Shown: positions 23,521 to 35,865, counted from the stretch's first letter. The stretch is 64,000 nucleotides of DNA from an uncultured Gammaproteobacteria bacterium (GCA_963797555.1 CAWCPV010000003.1:672001-736000), one strand, 5' to 3'. The notes: generated by a model not told the origin, from the letters alone. A program made the numbers and translations.

Positions 23521-26500
23521 TTACGCCTGCATCGCCGCCATCGCCATGGCCTCTTCCATGTCCACCGCGACCAGGCGCGACACCCCCGGCTCGTGCATCG
23601 TCACCCCGGTCAATTGGCCAGCCAGCTCCATGGTGACCTTGTTATGGGTCACGAACACGAACTGGGTGCGGGCGGACATCTCCTTGACCAGTTGGCAAAA
23701 GCGGCCGACGTTTGCATCGTCCAACGGAGCGTCTACCTCGTCCAACAGGCAGAAGGGCGCCGGGTTCAGCTCGAACATCGCGAACACCAGCGCCACAGCC
23801 GTGAGGGCCTTCTCCCCGCCCGAGAGCAGGTGGATATTGCTGACCCGCTTTCCGGGCGGGCGAGCCATGATGGCGACGCCCGCATCGAGCAACTCCTCCC
23901 CGGTGAGTTCCAGATACGCCTGCCCGCCCCCGAACAGCCGCGGAAACAGCGCCTGCAGCCGTTCATTGACACGGTTGAATATCTCCACGAAGCGTTGCCG
24001 CGTCTCTCGATCGATCGTGCGGATAGCACCCTCCAGCGTCGTCACGGCCTCTTCGAGGTCCGCGACCTGCGCGTCCAAGTACTCCTTCCGCTGCGATTGC
24101 GCGCGGAACTCGTCGACGGCGGCGAGATTGACGGGACCCAGGCGCTCGATTCGGTCTTGAAGCCGCTCCAGCTTCAACTGCCACGTGCCTGGCTCGGCTT
24201 CATCCGACAGCTCCGCCAGCAGCGCCTGGCGCTCGAAGCCCGCGGCGGTCAAATCTTCCTCCAGCGTCCGCGCGCGCACACTGAGCTCCTGCCAACGCAG
24301 GCGTAACTGCTCCTGGGATGCTCGTAGCCGCTCCGACTCGGAGGCGGCCGTCTGCCTCGCGTGCTCGTTCTCGGCAAGCTGCTCCTGGAGCTCTTCGACA
24401 CGCCGGCGGGAAGCGGCCAACGAGCTCTCGGCATTCCCTCGGCGTGTCAGCCACCCCTGCAACTCCGCCCGCATGTCCTCGATGGGCTGGATACTCTCCT
24501 CGCATGCCTGCTGCAGCTCATCCCGCCGTGCTCCTTGTCGTTCCAGCCGCTCGTGCAGCCTGATCAGCGTGTTGCGCGCGGAATCCAGAGCACTGCTCAA
24601 GGATTGGGCGTGCAATGCCGCCCGATGCACCCCTTCCTGCTCCTCCCGGGCCAGAGCCCGGGCCGCATTCAATACCGTCAGCAGTCCCTCGCGCCGGTCG
24701 CGCATGGCCTCTCGGCGCCCAGCCAGATCTTCTGCCGCGGCCGTGGCGTTCTCGAGTCGAGCGGCTGCGCCGGCCATCTCGGTCTGCAGGTGACCGATCT
24801 GCCCCGCCAGCTCGTGGGATTCCGCGCCAAGCGCGGCCAGGCGTGCGCGGGCATGATCGAGTCGCGTCTCCTCCCCTCGGCACCGGGCCTGTAGCTCGGC
24901 GACTCGGTGGTGGGTCTCGCGCACTTCTGTTGCGAGAGATTCGCGGCGTGCTTCCAGCGCATGCAATGCCTGCCGTGCCTCCTCGAGAGACCTCTCCTCG
25001 TCGGCCAACCGCTCCGCCAACGCTTGTTCGTGCCTCTCCAGCTCCCGTATCTCGCGGGCCCTGCTCAGCACGCCAGCGCGCGGATCAGCGCCGCGCACGA
25101 CGCGCAGCCAGTTGGGCCCCAGACGGATGCCCTCGCGCGTGACCAGCGACTCATGAGCTGCCAGTCTCGTCTTCAGGCGCAAACCGTCGCCCAGGCTTTC
25201 CACTGCGTAGATCCCGTCGACTAGCCCGTCCACCCGCCAGGGCGCCTGGATCTTCTCCCGTAGAAGTCCGACGGCGGTCTGTCCCGCCTCAGCGTTCGCA
25301 GACGCGCGGGTGTCGAAAAATACCAGCCTGCCGCCGCTGAAGTCCTGCAACGCCCCCTCGATCGCCTCCAAGCCGGCCAGGCACAACGCCCCCAGGTGGT
25401 CACCCAGGGCCGACTCGGCCGCCTGTTCCCAGCCTGGCTCCACTTGGAGTTGGTCGGCCAGCCGGGGCGCATCCGCGAAGCCCTGTCGTTCCAGCCAGCG
25501 CGTCACCGCCTCCTCCCGGCCGTCCATCGCTTCCTGCTGCAGTGCACGCAGGGACGCCAGCCGCCCGCGCAACTCGTGGAGCCCCCCGCGCAGGCCGTCC
25601 GCTGAGCGGGCTAACACAGCGTTGGCCGTGCGCTGCTCCGTCGTGCCCGCAGTCACCTCGGCCAAGTCGTGGTCCAGCCGGGACATCTCCAACTGTGCCT
25701 CGCCCAGCTCGGCCTGGCTCTCGGCGAGCGCCTCCGAGGCAGGAGCCACTGCGATCCCTTGCTCTTCCTCGCGCAGCCGCGCCGCACGCTGCTCCAGTTG
25801 CTGACACTGTCTCTCCAACTGCTGCAGCCGGGCGCGCTCCACCTGAACGGTCTGGGTCGGCCCGGCCGTCTCCTGGGTCAGGTCTTCCCAAGCACGCTGC
25901 CAGCCGTGCATAGCGTCTTCGGCCTGCGCCAAGGAGGACGTAGCCTCCTCGGCGCGCGCCGCCAGTCGCTCGTGCTCCGCGCGCCCCGTCTCCAGGCCCT
26001 GCGACAGCTCGACGCACTTCTCCTCGTCCGCCTGTATTTCGGCACCGGCGGCGGCGATATCGCGATCGAGAGCATCGAGGTCCCTCAGCCGCTGCTGCCT
26101 CCCCTCCTGCGCGCTCTTGATCGCCTGCTCCTGGCGCGCGATCTGTGCACCGAGCCCGTAGAACTCCGCCTGGGCGGCGTTGAACCCGCGGCTCGCCGAT
26201 TCATGCTCCAGGCGCAGCCGCTCGACGGACGCGTCTCGGCTGCGGACCTCCGCCATACATGCTTCCACCCGCGTCTCCAACTCCCGCAGGCCGCGCATCT
26301 CCGCCTGCGCTTGTTGGTCAAGGCTGCGCCAGCGCAGAGCTTGCCCTTGGGCCTTGAGCAGCCGCTCCTGATCCTTCAGGCGCGTGTACTTGCCCGCCGT
26401 CTCCGCCTGCTCCTCCAGGTGCTTCAACTGAGCCACAAGCTCGGAGCGGATGTCATTGACCCGCGCGATGTTTTCCGCAGTCGTTCGCAGCCGCAGCTCG

Positions 26501-27038
26501 GTCTCTCGGCGGCGCTCCTTGTACCGGGAGATGCCGGCAGCCTCCTCCAGGAACAGGCGTAGGTCGTCTGGGCGCGCCTCGATGAGACGTGAAATCATGC
26601 CCTGCTCGATGATGGCGTAGCTGTGGGGGCCGAGACCGGTGCCCAGGAACAGGTCGGTGATGTCGCTGCGGCGGCAGCGGGTAGCGTTCAGGAAGTAGCT
26701 GGACTGGCCGTCGCGCGACACCACGCGCTTGATCGAGATCTCGGCGTACTGGGCATATGCCCCGTCAATCGGCCGTCGCTGTTGTCAAAGATCAGCTCCA
26801 CCGATGCCTGTCCCACCGGCTTTCTGGACGCGGACCCGTTGAAGATCACGTCCGCCATGGACTCACCGCGCAGGTGACGAGCCGACATCTCGCCCATCAC
26901 CCAGCGCACTGCATCGATGACATTGGACTTGCCACAGCCGTTGGGGCCCACACACCGCGCCAGGGCGCTCTTCAAGGGGATGGTGGTCGGGTCCACGAAG
27001 GACTTGAAGCCCGCCAGCTTGATTCTGGTCAGGTGCAT
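23521..27038 (-). CDS. smc: Chromosome segregation protein SMC, frameshift near 26760 (possible sequencing error)
   Basis: [29 protein letters not shown], long coiled coils and hinge. Confidence 0.95.
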
Positions 27039-27098
27039 CGGGGGTGTTAGAATCGTGGCGGACCATAGCTAAACAGACGCCCGCGACGGTAGCAACTA

Positions 27099-27492
27099 GT
27101 GACCGACACGCGCACCCAGCCAGACGCCTCGAAACCTTCCCCAATCCCAATCCCGAGCGGGACTACACGTCCGGATGAGCATCCCGGAGTTTACCTGTCT
27201 GTGCCCGAAGACCGGCCAGCCCGATTTCGCGACCCTGTACATCGACTACGTCCCAGAGTAGCTCTGCATCGAGCTCAAGTCCCTGAAACTGTACGTGTGG
27301 TCTTTCCGGGACGAGGGCGCCTTCCACGAGGCGGTGACCAACCGTATCCTCCAGGATCTGGTAGACGCCTGCAGCCCGCGATTCATGCGCGTCCGTGCCC
27401 AATTCAACGTCCGCGGAGGCATCTACACGACGGTGGTCGCCGAGCACCGGGGGTCCGGCTGGCGCTCGCCGGAGCCGGTAACCTTGCCCTAA
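27099..27492 (+). CDS. queF: PreQ0 (7-cyano-7-deazaguanine) reductase, with frameshifts and a TAG at 27259
   Basis: [46 protein letters not shown]. Confidence 0.9.
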
Positions 27493-27731
27493 GGGGCGAT
27501 GATCGGTGTACCGCGTGGGCACGTTCCTTCTGACTGTGCCGAGATCTTCCGCCGGCTGTGACGGGTTGCGAATAAAATCGTCGCCTGGAGGCCTCCCATA
27601 CGAGGCACCCCGGAGCGAGACGCGAGACATTTTCAAGGAAGCCGGGTAAGCGGCGAGCGAGGGCGCGACCCGACCAATGAGCCGAAAAGCTGCCTAATTC
27701 ACGACCTCGCAGCTCTCCTGCCCCTGTCTAC

Positions 27732-29048
27732 GTGGGGATAGACCTGGGCACGTCCGGCTGCCGTACACTCGCCATCGATGCGCGGGGTCGCGTTCGTGCC
27801 CAGAGCCGCGCCCCGCTGCCTGCTCCCCGTCGCCGCGGCTCTGCCGTGGAGCAGGATCCCCAGCTCTGGTGGGAGGCAGTTGCGGCCGCTTTGCGGGCGC
27901 TGTTCACACAGTCTCCGCCCGCTGCGGTTGCTGCGCTGGCCGTGGACGCCACCTCCGGCACCGTGCTTCTCGCCGACGCCACCGGCCGCCCGCTGGGACC
28001 CGCCCTCATGTACAACGACGCCCGCGCCACGGCTGCGGCCGCACGAGTAGAGCGCGTCGCTCCCCCGGAGGCCGTGGTGCATGGCCCGACCTCCGGACTC
28101 GCCAAGATCTTGCACCTGCAGCGACTACGGCGCGCGTGTCGGACCCGTTACGCGCTGTCCCAGGCCGATTGGATCGCAGGGCGGCTCGCCGGCTCCTTCG
28201 GTGTGAGCGACGACAACAACAGCCTGAAGCTCGGCTTCGATCCGGTGAGCCGTTCGTGGCCCCCGTGGATCGAGCAGCTCGGTTTGGATCTCGCCCTGTT
28301 GCCGCGGGTCGCTCGGCCGGGGACAGCGCTGGCCCGGGTAGGACGGGAAGCCCAGGAGGTCATCGGCTTGCCGCCCACGACCCTGGTAGCAGCGGGCACC
28401 ACGGACAGCACGGCGGGCTTTCTCGCCGCAGGCGCGCAGCACCCGGGTGAGGGGGTCACCTCCCTCGGCTCGACGCTCGTCGTCAAGGTGCTCTCGCCCA
28501 CGCCGCTGTTCGCCGCGCCGCATGGCGTGTACAGCCAGCCCCTGGGTTCCCTGTGGCTCGCGGGCGGAGGCTCCAACACGGGAGGGGCAGTCCTGCGGCA
28601 TTACTTCAGGGACGAGGAGATCGACCGCCTGAGCCGGTCCATCTCGCCCGATCGGCCCAGCGGCCTGCACTACTATCCCCTCCTGACTCCCGGCGAACGT
28701 TTTCCCGTAAACGACCCGCGCCTTCCTGCGCGGCTCTCGCCACGCCCCGCCGACGACAGCCGCTTCTTGCACGGGCTCCTGGAAGGCATCGCCGCCATCG
28801 AAGCGCGAGGATACCGCCTTCTGACCGAGATCGGGGCGCCCAAACTGAGATCGGTGCGCAGCATCGGAGGCGGGGCATCCAATGCGCTGTGGCTCACCAT
28901 CCGGGCGCGCCTGTTAGGGGTGCCCCTGCTCCCTCCGCTGCACACCGAGGCTGCATACGGCGCGGCCCTCCTCGCCAGACAGGCGGCGCGGGGCGAGCCG
29001 GGACCGAGCTTCAGGGGTGTTCAGCCTGCGAACGCCGAGGGGCTATAG
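27732..29048 (+). CDS. FGGY-family carbohydrate kinase; true start probably slightly upstream
   Basis: GIDLGTSG, DATSGT, GTTDSTA, LGSTL, GGGASN. Confidence 0.9.
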   Translation: MGIDLGTSGCRTLAIDARGRVRAQSRAPLPAPRRRGSAVEQDPQLWWEAVAAALRALFTQSPPAAVAALAVDATSGTVLLADATGRPLGPALMYNDARATAAAARVERVAPPEAVVHGPTSGLAKILHLQRLRRACRTRYALSQADWIAGRLAGSFGVSDDNNSLKLGFDPVSRSWPPWIEQLGLDLALLPRVARPGTALARVGREAQEVIGLPPTTLVAAGTTDSTAGFLAAGAQHPGEGVTSLGSTLVVKVLSPTPLFAAPHGVYSQPLGSLWLAGGGSNTGGAVLRHYFRDEEIDRLSRSISPDRPSGLHYYPLLTPGERFPVNDPRLPARLSPRPADDSRFLHGLLEGIAAIEARGYRLLTEIGAPKLRSVRSIGGGASNALWLTIRARLLGVPLLPPLHTEAAYGAALLARQAARGEPGPSFRGVQPANAEGL

Positions 29049-29341
29049 GCTGGGCACGGGCGCCGGCTGCACGTAAGATCCTTGCGTAGTGAGTTTGCGT
29101 GTCCGGTGGGGATCTCCGCCGGGACGCACGGGGCGCGACTTCGCCCCGAACACGACGTCCCAGAGCTTGTGAAGCTTGTGAAAAATCGTCGCCAGCAGCC
29201 CGAGAGCGAGGCGCACGGAGCGCAGCGGCGAGACCTATCGAATAGACAGGCGAGGGACCAGCCCGGCGGGACGCCCCTTACGGGATCCGCAGCCGACTGG
29301 TTGACAAGCCCACGGCTAAATGGAGTCCGGGTCTGCAAACC

Positions 29342-30463
29342 TTGAACACGGAGAGGGTCCTCATCACCCTCGGCAGCAACCTGGAGCGGGAGCACAACCT
29401 GCCGGCTGCCGTCGCGCGACTGCGTCACCACCCGCGCCTCGCTCTGCGGGCGCTGAGCCCCGTATACGAGAGCGCACCGGTCGGCGGTGCCCCGAACCAC
29501 CCTCACTACTTCAACGCCGCCGCGCTCGTAGAGACCGACCTGACACCTTCGGCCCTACGCGACACCCTCCGGGCGATCGAGCGGGACCTGGGACGGGTAC
29601 GGACAGCGGACAAGCACGCGCCGCGTACCATCGACCTCGATATCGCCCTGTACGGCGACCAGATACTGACCGTCGAGGACAAACACATTCCCGACCCGGA
29701 TATCAGCGTCTTCCCGCATCTCGCCCTACCCCTCGCGGACATCGCCCCCGGCTGGAGGCATCCGCAGACAGGGCTGACCCTGCGCGAGATAGCCGCCGGC
29801 ATGTCGTATTCCACTGGGGAGATCCGGAAACTCATGGCGAAGGTCATCGAGCACTTACCCACCAACGGCCACTATGCCACCACCTTGGACGGCGATCCCG
29901 GCGAGGTGTATGACCCCGAGTTCGAATCCCTGGTCAGGCAGATGTTGGTTCAGCTCGGGGAAGACCCCGAGCGCGAAGGCTTGCAACGCACCCCTTTACG
30001 TGTGTCCAAGGCTCTGGATTTTCTGACCGGCGGCTACCGGATGTCGCAGCACGACGTGGTGCGCGATGCACTGTTCTCGGACGACTGCGAGGAGATGGTG
30101 GTGCTCAAGGACGTGGAGTTCTACTCGCTGTGCGAGCACCACATCCTGCCCTTCTTCGGGCGGGCACACGTAGGCTATCTGCCAAACGGGAAGGTGATCG
30201 GGCTGAGCAAGATCCCGCGCGTCATCGACCTGTTCGCGCGCCGGCTGCAGCTTCAGGAACGCCTCACCAATCAGGTCGCCGACGCTTTGATGGAGATCCT
30301 CGACGCCCACGGCGTCGCGGTGGTCATGGAGGCGAGCCACTTCTGCATGATGATGCGCGGCGTCCAAAAGCAGAACAGCCTGACCGTTACCAGCGCCATG
30401 CGCGGCACATTCCGCCGCGATGCCCGCACTCGCGCCGAGTTCACTCAACTAATCCGAGGCTAG
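29342..30463 (+). CDS. folK-folE: Fused HPPK (FolK) and GTP cyclohydrolase I (FolE)
   Basis: N-half [18 protein letters not shown]; C-half [42 protein letters not shown] in one frame. Confidence 0.92.
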   Translation: MNTERVLITLGSNLEREHNLPAAVARLRHHPRLALRALSPVYESAPVGGAPNHPHYFNAAALVETDLTPSALRDTLRAIERDLGRVRTADKHAPRTIDLDIALYGDQILTVEDKHIPDPDISVFPHLALPLADIAPGWRHPQTGLTLREIAAGMSYSTGEIRKLMAKVIEHLPTNGHYATTLDGDPGEVYDPEFESLVRQMLVQLGEDPEREGLQRTPLRVSKALDFLTGGYRMSQHDVVRDALFSDDCEEMVVLKDVEFYSLCEHHILPFFGRAHVGYLPNGKVIGLSKIPRVIDLFARRLQLQERLTNQVADALMEILDAHGVAVVMEASHFCMMMRGVQKQNSLTVTSAMRGTFRRDARTRAEFTQLIRG

Positions 30464-30660
30464 CGGCAAGGGACTGCGTGGCCTTGGAGCGCCGCCATCC
30501 ACGGACGAGCGCGGGGGCCCCACATCCGCTGGAGGCGCCGCATCTTGTTCTGGGGTCGCCGAGGCTCGCGGATGCCTCTCATGCCTTTGCCCGATCGATG
30601 GGGCGGTGGAACATTGCTTAGATGTAATAAGTCGATGCCAAAAGGTAAGGAACGAATGAC

Positions 30661-30842
30661 ATGCCCACTGCCACATTGACTGCGAAGAGCCAAACGACCG
30701 TGCCCAAGGAAATCCCTATCAACGTCGACGCGGCGGACCTCGAGGAGATACTGCCCCGACCGGAGCAGCCCGTCACCCTCGAACAGATGAATGCAGCCAT
30801 TGTAAGCCGCGGCGGGTTCAGTTGAAGGGGCTCGACACGGGG
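30661..30842 (+). pseudogene. Remnant vapBC-like pair: internally deleted AbrB-type antitoxin (30661-30825) and the first codons of a PIN toxin
   Basis: MPTATLTAKSQTTVPKEI joined to ...VTLEQMNAAI; overlapping TTG-KGLDT start. Confidence 0.6.
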
Positions 30843-31063
30843 GGTGACTGGTGTTGCTGCGGACCCTCGACCGATGCGGTGAGTCGTCCTCGCCCGAGCC
30901 CGCACCCGGCGCTGGTCGGACGCCGGGGGCGGCGACGCAGTGTCTTCCTGGCCGATGCCACGCACGACCACTGCCCTGGGGTTTCCATGCCGCCGGGCAA
31001 GCGGCGTTTCTCACCTCCCGACCATCATTCCCCACACGGCGAGGGTCCGAAACCTTCGCGGCG

Positions 31064-31657
31064 CTACGGAGGACCCGCAGCGCCGCCCGCCTCCGGCCCG
31101 GGCAGCTCGAACACTTCCCACAACGCCACTTCGAGGCCCTCCAGCGTCGCGAAAACGAGCTTCTCGTCCGGGCCGAACACGGTGCCCTTGTCGAAGCCGT
31201 CTGGGCCGAGCAGGAAGCGCATGACGTACTGCTCCAGCGGGTCCACTACCACGTATTCCCTCACGCCGGTGCGCTCGTAGAGCACTTTCTTCTGACGCAG
31301 GTCACGGGTGGCGGTTGCCGGGGAGAGTACCTCCACGACCACGTCCGGTGCGCCTTCGACGTGGGTGGGGGTGACTTTCGACCGATCGCACACCACCAGG
31401 ATGTCGGGCTGCACCACGTCCATTTCGGAAAGGCGCACGTCGGTGGGCGCGATGAAGGGTCGGCAGGGCTTCCCCGAGAGAGTTTGGAGCAACCTGGCGA
31501 ACAAATTCCCGGCGACCGCTTGGTGGCGAGGGGAAGGCGCCGGGGACATGGCGTAGGCCACACCGTCGACGATCTCCCAGCGCTGCTCGTCGCCCCAACT
31601 GCGGTAGTCGCTCCAAGTATAGCGGGTGTTTGCGCCCGTCTTGGCCGGTGTGGACAT
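31064..31657 (-). CDS. Uma2-family endonuclease
   Basis: RWEIVDG, MSPAP, VVQPDI, VVEVLSP, GVREY. Confidence 0.9.
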   Translation of the reverse strand: MSTPAKTGANTRYTWSDYRSWGDEQRWEIVDGVAYAMSPAPSPRHQAVAGNLFARLLQTLSGKPCRPFIAPTDVRLSEMDVVQPDILVVCDRSKVTPTHVEGAPDVVVEVLSPATATRDLRQKKVLYERTGVREYVVVDPLEQYVMRFLLGPDGFDKGTVFGPDEKLVFATLEGLEVALWEVFELPGPEAGGAAGPP

Positions 31658-31891
31658 GGCTGATATTCGGGTGCCTGTTGTCGACACAGGATACCTCATG
31701 ATACCGATCGCCGAAGTCGTCCGGCCTTTCCGGCATCCGACACGCAGTGGCACAGAACCTTCCGACACTTACTGGTAACCGTTCACCCCCCTGGAATATT
31801 TTGACCCGGAGGGCTGGACAAAACGGTTCCAGCGTGAGACAGTTGGGTGCCCTTGGCAGGATGTTCCTCGACCTCACTGTCACACACAATC

Positions 31892-33458
31892 ATGGTGCTC
31901 AAGGAGCACGACCTTCGTCAGCTCAGCGAGGAGCGCATTCTGGAGCTGAGGCAGAAGGATCCCGATGCGCTGGCAGCGCTGAGCATCCGCCTGCTGCAGG
32001 ATCTCAAGGAAGCGTGGGAGCGGCTCAATCAGAGTCCCTCCAATAGCTCTCGTCCGCCGAGCAGTCAAGACCCCTGGCTGCGTGCGCGGGAGGACGAAGA
32101 GGCCGACGCCGGTCCTGAGGACGAGGAGGCCAAGAGCCGTTCTGAGGAGGATGGCCTCCCCGGGGCTGGCGGCCAGAAGGGCGCAAAGGACACGAGTGGC
32201 AAGACCTCAGGGACGCAGCGCCGAGCGGGCCGGCAGCCTGGCTCCCAGGGATTCGGGCGCGCCCAGAAGCTGACAGTCACCGATTGGGACCATCATCGGC
32301 CGGGAAGTTGTGCGCTGTGTGGTGGGGCGCTCAATCCTGAGCAGGCGAAGCCCTACACCGCCTTTGATAGGCTGGACTTGGTCTTTGGCGATGAGCAGGC
32401 GCCGGGGCTGCGCCTGACCTGCACGCGGCAGGTATACTACCAGAGCCGTTGCGACTGTGGTCATGAGACCCGGCAGGCGCCGCACCGCGCGCCCGAGCAC
32501 TTGGGATGCTGGCGAGGGGTGGAGCTTGGCGAGTGGCGCCTGGTGGGGCCGGGATTGTGCGCCTTCATCGTCTGGCTGCGGTTTCGGATGCGCCTGTCCA
32601 TCCGCCTGGTCCGGGAGTTCCTGCACGAGGTGTTTGGGCTGGCGCTCGGCATCGGCACCCTCCACCAATGCGTGATGGAGACCGCCCGTGCCTGCGAGCC
32701 GGTCGAGGATGAGCTGGTGACCCAGTTGCTGGAAGCGGCCCTCATGCATGCCGATGAGACACCGCACAAGCAATGGGGAGAGCCCTTGTGGTTATGGGTG
32801 TTCATCTCGGCCTCGACGGCGCTGTTCTTGGTCGGCTCTCGCGCCAAAGAGATGTTTCAGAACCTCATCGAGGATCTCTTCTGCGGCTATCTGATGAGCG
32901 ATGGGTACCAGGTCTATCGGGACTATGCCAAGCGCCTGCGTTGCTGGGCGCATCTCATTCGCAAGGCCCGGGGCCTGAGGGATTGCCTCTCGCCCACCCT
33001 CCAGGGCTACGGCCAGGCGGTCTATGACCTGCTCGATGCGCTGATGCAGGCCGTCTATCACGCCCGCGAGGGACCGGGCGGCTCCCTGCGGCAAGCCCAC
33101 CCGGGCGAGCTCAACACTCACGGCCCTGTGTGAACGCATGAGCTGCTGCCCTTATGACAAGGCCCAGGCGCTGGGCAAGGAGCTGCTCAACGACTGGGGG
33201 GCGATCTTCCGGGTGTTGGATGAGCCTCAGCTGCCGCTGACCAACAACGTGGCGGAGCGGGCGCTGCGTCACTGGGTGATTCTGCGTCGCATCAGCCAGG
33301 GGACCCGCAGCGAACAAGGCAGCCGGGCGCTGGCGCTGCTCGCCAGTGTGATCGAGACTTCTCGGCTGCGATTGAGCTCCCCGCTGTGCTATCTCAGAGA
33401 TGTCCTCGCCCACCGACGCCGCGGCTTTGAGGCACCGCCGCTTCCTGCGCCCGCTTGA
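31892..33458 (+). CDS. IS66-family transposase (TnpC-like), frameshift near 33115
   Basis: NSSRPPSSQ, HADET, SDGYQVY, CWAHLIRK, TNNVAERALR. Confidence 0.9.
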
Positions 33459-33460
33459 GT

Positions 33461-34369
33461 TCAGCGCTCACCGCGCAGGCGCTCTCTGGCCTGCGGGTGC
33501 AGAGCGTAGAGGAAGACCCGCTTTATCGCTCTGCCATGGCGTTGGTGCGCACGGTCCATGCGCCCGCGTCCGCTGGTCTCGCCCACCTCGCACCAGTTGG
33601 CCGCCCGGTAGCAGGTCCCGGCAAAGCGGGCCGGGTCCACCAGGGTCTCCAGCAGCCAGGGACGCAGCCCATAGTGGCGCTCCCAATCCCCTACGATGCG
33701 CCGGCTGCCCAAGGCCAGCACGTGGCTCGCCAGATGAGGCACTTTCACCCAGGGCAGAATCAGGAAGCGCCCCTGATTGACGATGCGTGCGAGGTGCGCT
33801 TTGCGCGCTCTCTCGTCCCAGCCGATCCACGCATCGCGGGCCTGCATGCGCCAGGCCGGGCTGGTGTAGGTGAGCCCGCCCAACACCTCCCCCTCCCGGC
33901 GCTGGGAGCGGATGAGATAGACCAACTGGGCCCCAAAGGGTGTGGCATAGCCCAAGTAGTGATAGCGCGCGAGAAGCTCGCGCCACAATGCCCGTCCCTC
34001 GGCCTGGCGCACTAACTGAAGCTCCACCGGGGCCACCTCCTGCAGCGCACCGGCAATCTCGCCGCGGCGTTCGCCCCGATCGGTCTGCGCAGTGCAGGTG
34101 CGCCGCCCCTTGGGCCTGCCCGTGCGCTTGGCGGGAAGCCTCAGATCCCCCCGAGCTTCCAACCGCTCCAGTAGATCCCGACACTCGCGGGACTTCAGGG
34201 CTCCGTTGTCCCGTCTCCACCCCAGCAGCTCACAGATGGTCTGCGCCAGCTCAAAACGACTCAGGCCCACGCACATCGACACCATTCGGACGATGGCGGA
34301 GATCTCCTCTTCGGTAAAGCTCCGGCCGCTCGCCGTGATCGCCTGCGGAATAGAGGGCTCTTGATCCAT
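33461..34369 (-). CDS. DUF4338 / Druantia DruA-like domain protein
   Basis: YHYLGY, RDAWIGW, NQGRFLILPWV, LASHVL, LLETLVD, GTCYRAANW, GRGRMD. Confidence 0.85.
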   Translation of the reverse strand: MDQEPSIPQAITASGRSFTEEEISAIVRMVSMCVGLSRFELAQTICELLGWRRDNGALKSRECRDLLERLEARGDLRLPAKRTGRPKGRRTCTAQTDRGERRGEIAGALQEVAPVELQLVRQAEGRALWRELLARYHYLGYATPFGAQLVYLIRSQRREGEVLGGLTYTSPAWRMQARDAWIGWDERARKAHLARIVNQGRFLILPWVKVPHLASHVLALGSRRIVGDWERHYGLRPWLLETLVDPARFAGTCYRAANWCEVGETSGRGRMDRAHQRHGRAIKRVFLYALHPQARERLRGER

Positions 34370-34485
34370 GAGCCGGGAGTGTACGACAAGCCGAGCGGCT
34401 CTGCTGCGCTGGACGCGCTCTTAACGCATCGATCAACTGGTGGGAGGGTCTGAACGGTTACCACTTACTGTGGTCGGGAAAGGGC

Positions 34486-35865
34486 ATGCCGGTCCGCATC
34501 TCGGAGGCCATCGTGCAGAGCCGTCCCCGTGCCAGTGCGGTGCCGGGCGCCCAGTCGAGAGCGAGGCGCGGGGCACTGGTGACTGCTGGCGGGACCCCGC
34601 ATCGAGGACGAGAAGTGTCGCAAGCGTTCTTGACCGAGCCGAGCGAAGTGCAGGCAGCCATCGACCGGCTGCTGATGGAGCAGGGCGAAGTAGCGCCCGT
34701 GGAGGTGCTCCTGGCGATCGGCTGCCTCGCCTATCGAGACTACGAAGCATGGCGCGAGGGCCGCGTGGCTTTCCTGGAGGACGTGCTGCAATGCTCTCCG
34801 GAGGAGGTGCGACGGCTGCTGCAGGAGGTCGGCGCTCGGGCGCTGGCCCATGGGCTCAGGGCCGAAGAGCATTCCTACGCCCACTGGGCCGGGCCGCAGC
34901 CACTCCGTTGTTCGCGCGGCAGCGAGGAACCGCTGTTCCTCACCCGCTACCGTCCTCCGTCCGACCGGGCGCAGCTCGACCTCTTCTACGACAGCCGCGA
35001 GGCGGTGCTGGTGAACGGATTGCGGCTGGCGCTCGCCGCACGGCGGACCGACGAGGCGGCGCGGCTGCTGGGCGAGATTCGCCGCGCCCTTCCGGGCCAC
35101 CGGCAGAAGGGTCTGTTCGAGTGTCTGGTCGCTGCCCAGGCCGACCTCGGAGCGCCGGTGGGCGACCCCGCCGCGGAGCTGGAGCAGTTGCTCAGCCGCA
35201 TCGAGCCCGCGGCGCGAGAGGCGCTGGGACCCCAGGCCCGCGACTTTCTGGTGCCGCACTGGCGGCGCCTGGCGGGAGCGCTCGCCGGTCGCCCGTTCGA
35301 CGCGGAACGCCCCGAGATCCACGGGAGCTTCGCGGCCGCCCGCGCAGAGGACTCGGATGCTGCGCGCCAGGCAGTGGAGGCCGAGTCGGCCTGGCGGTCC
35401 GAGCCGGTCTTGATCCAGCGCCATGCCGTGGCCTGCGAGCGCCTGGGCGAGAGGCAAGCAGCCCTCGCCGACTGGTGCCTGCTGTGCTGGGACTTCCCGG
35501 CTTCTGCTCCGGATGCGCTCCCGGAGAGCGGACTCCTCGGAGCAGCCTGGGCGGACTTTCAGGACCTGGAACCGCCCCTGGAAGCCCCCGACTTCCCCGC
35601 CTGGCTGGTGCTTCAGGGCACTGCCTCCTTCGCTCCCCCACAGGCAGCCAACGCCGCAGCGCGGGAGACCTTCGAGCGCATACAGTGGCTGGCCGCACAG
35701 CCGGCCGCCGCGCCCGATGAGCGGGTGCTGGCCGCCCGACGCGAGCTTCGGGCGAGGCATCCGCGCCTGTTCGACCTCTACATGGCCGCCGTAGCAGCGA
35801 GCCGAGAGGCCGACCCAAAACAGAGCTGCCGCCCCCGGCGGGTGGGGGTCTCCGCCGTCCCATGA
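34486..35865 (+). CDS. Hypothetical helical protein; start may be GTG at 34615
   Basis: 459-aa ORF; [15 protein letters not shown]...[12 protein letters not shown]; no family recognised. Confidence 0.65.
   Translation: MPVRISEAIVQSRPRASAVPGAQSRARRGALVTAGGTPHRGREVSQAFLTEPSEVQAAIDRLLMEQGEVAPVEVLLAIGCLAYRDYEAWREGRVAFLEDVLQCSPEEVRRLLQEVGARALAHGLRAEEHSYAHWAGPQPLRCSRGSEEPLFLTRYRPPSDRAQLDLFYDSREAVLVNGLRLALAARRTDEAARLLGEIRRALPGHRQKGLFECLVAAQADLGAPVGDPAAELEQLLSRIEPAAREALGPQARDFLVPHWRRLAGALAGRPFDAERPEIHGSFAAARAEDSDAARQAVEAESAWRSEPVLIQRHAVACERLGERQAALADWCLLCWDFPASAPDALPESGLLGAAWADFQDLEPPLEAPDFPAWLVLQGTASFAPPQAANAAARETFERIQWLAAQPAAAPDERVLAARRELRARHPRLFDLYMAAVAASREADPKQSCRPRRVGVSAVP

Larger units (their letters stand above)
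31775..34461 (+). mobile_element. IS66-like element, copy 1 (transposase plus convergent DUF4338 ORF)
   Basis: Ends GTAACCGTTCA and TGAACGGTTAC; 9-bp TSD CACTTACTG at 31766 and 34462. Confidence 0.92.

Noticed and set aside
33461-34369. Complete Druantia system
   Set aside because: No DruE helicase or other Dru genes; the ORF lies within IS ends
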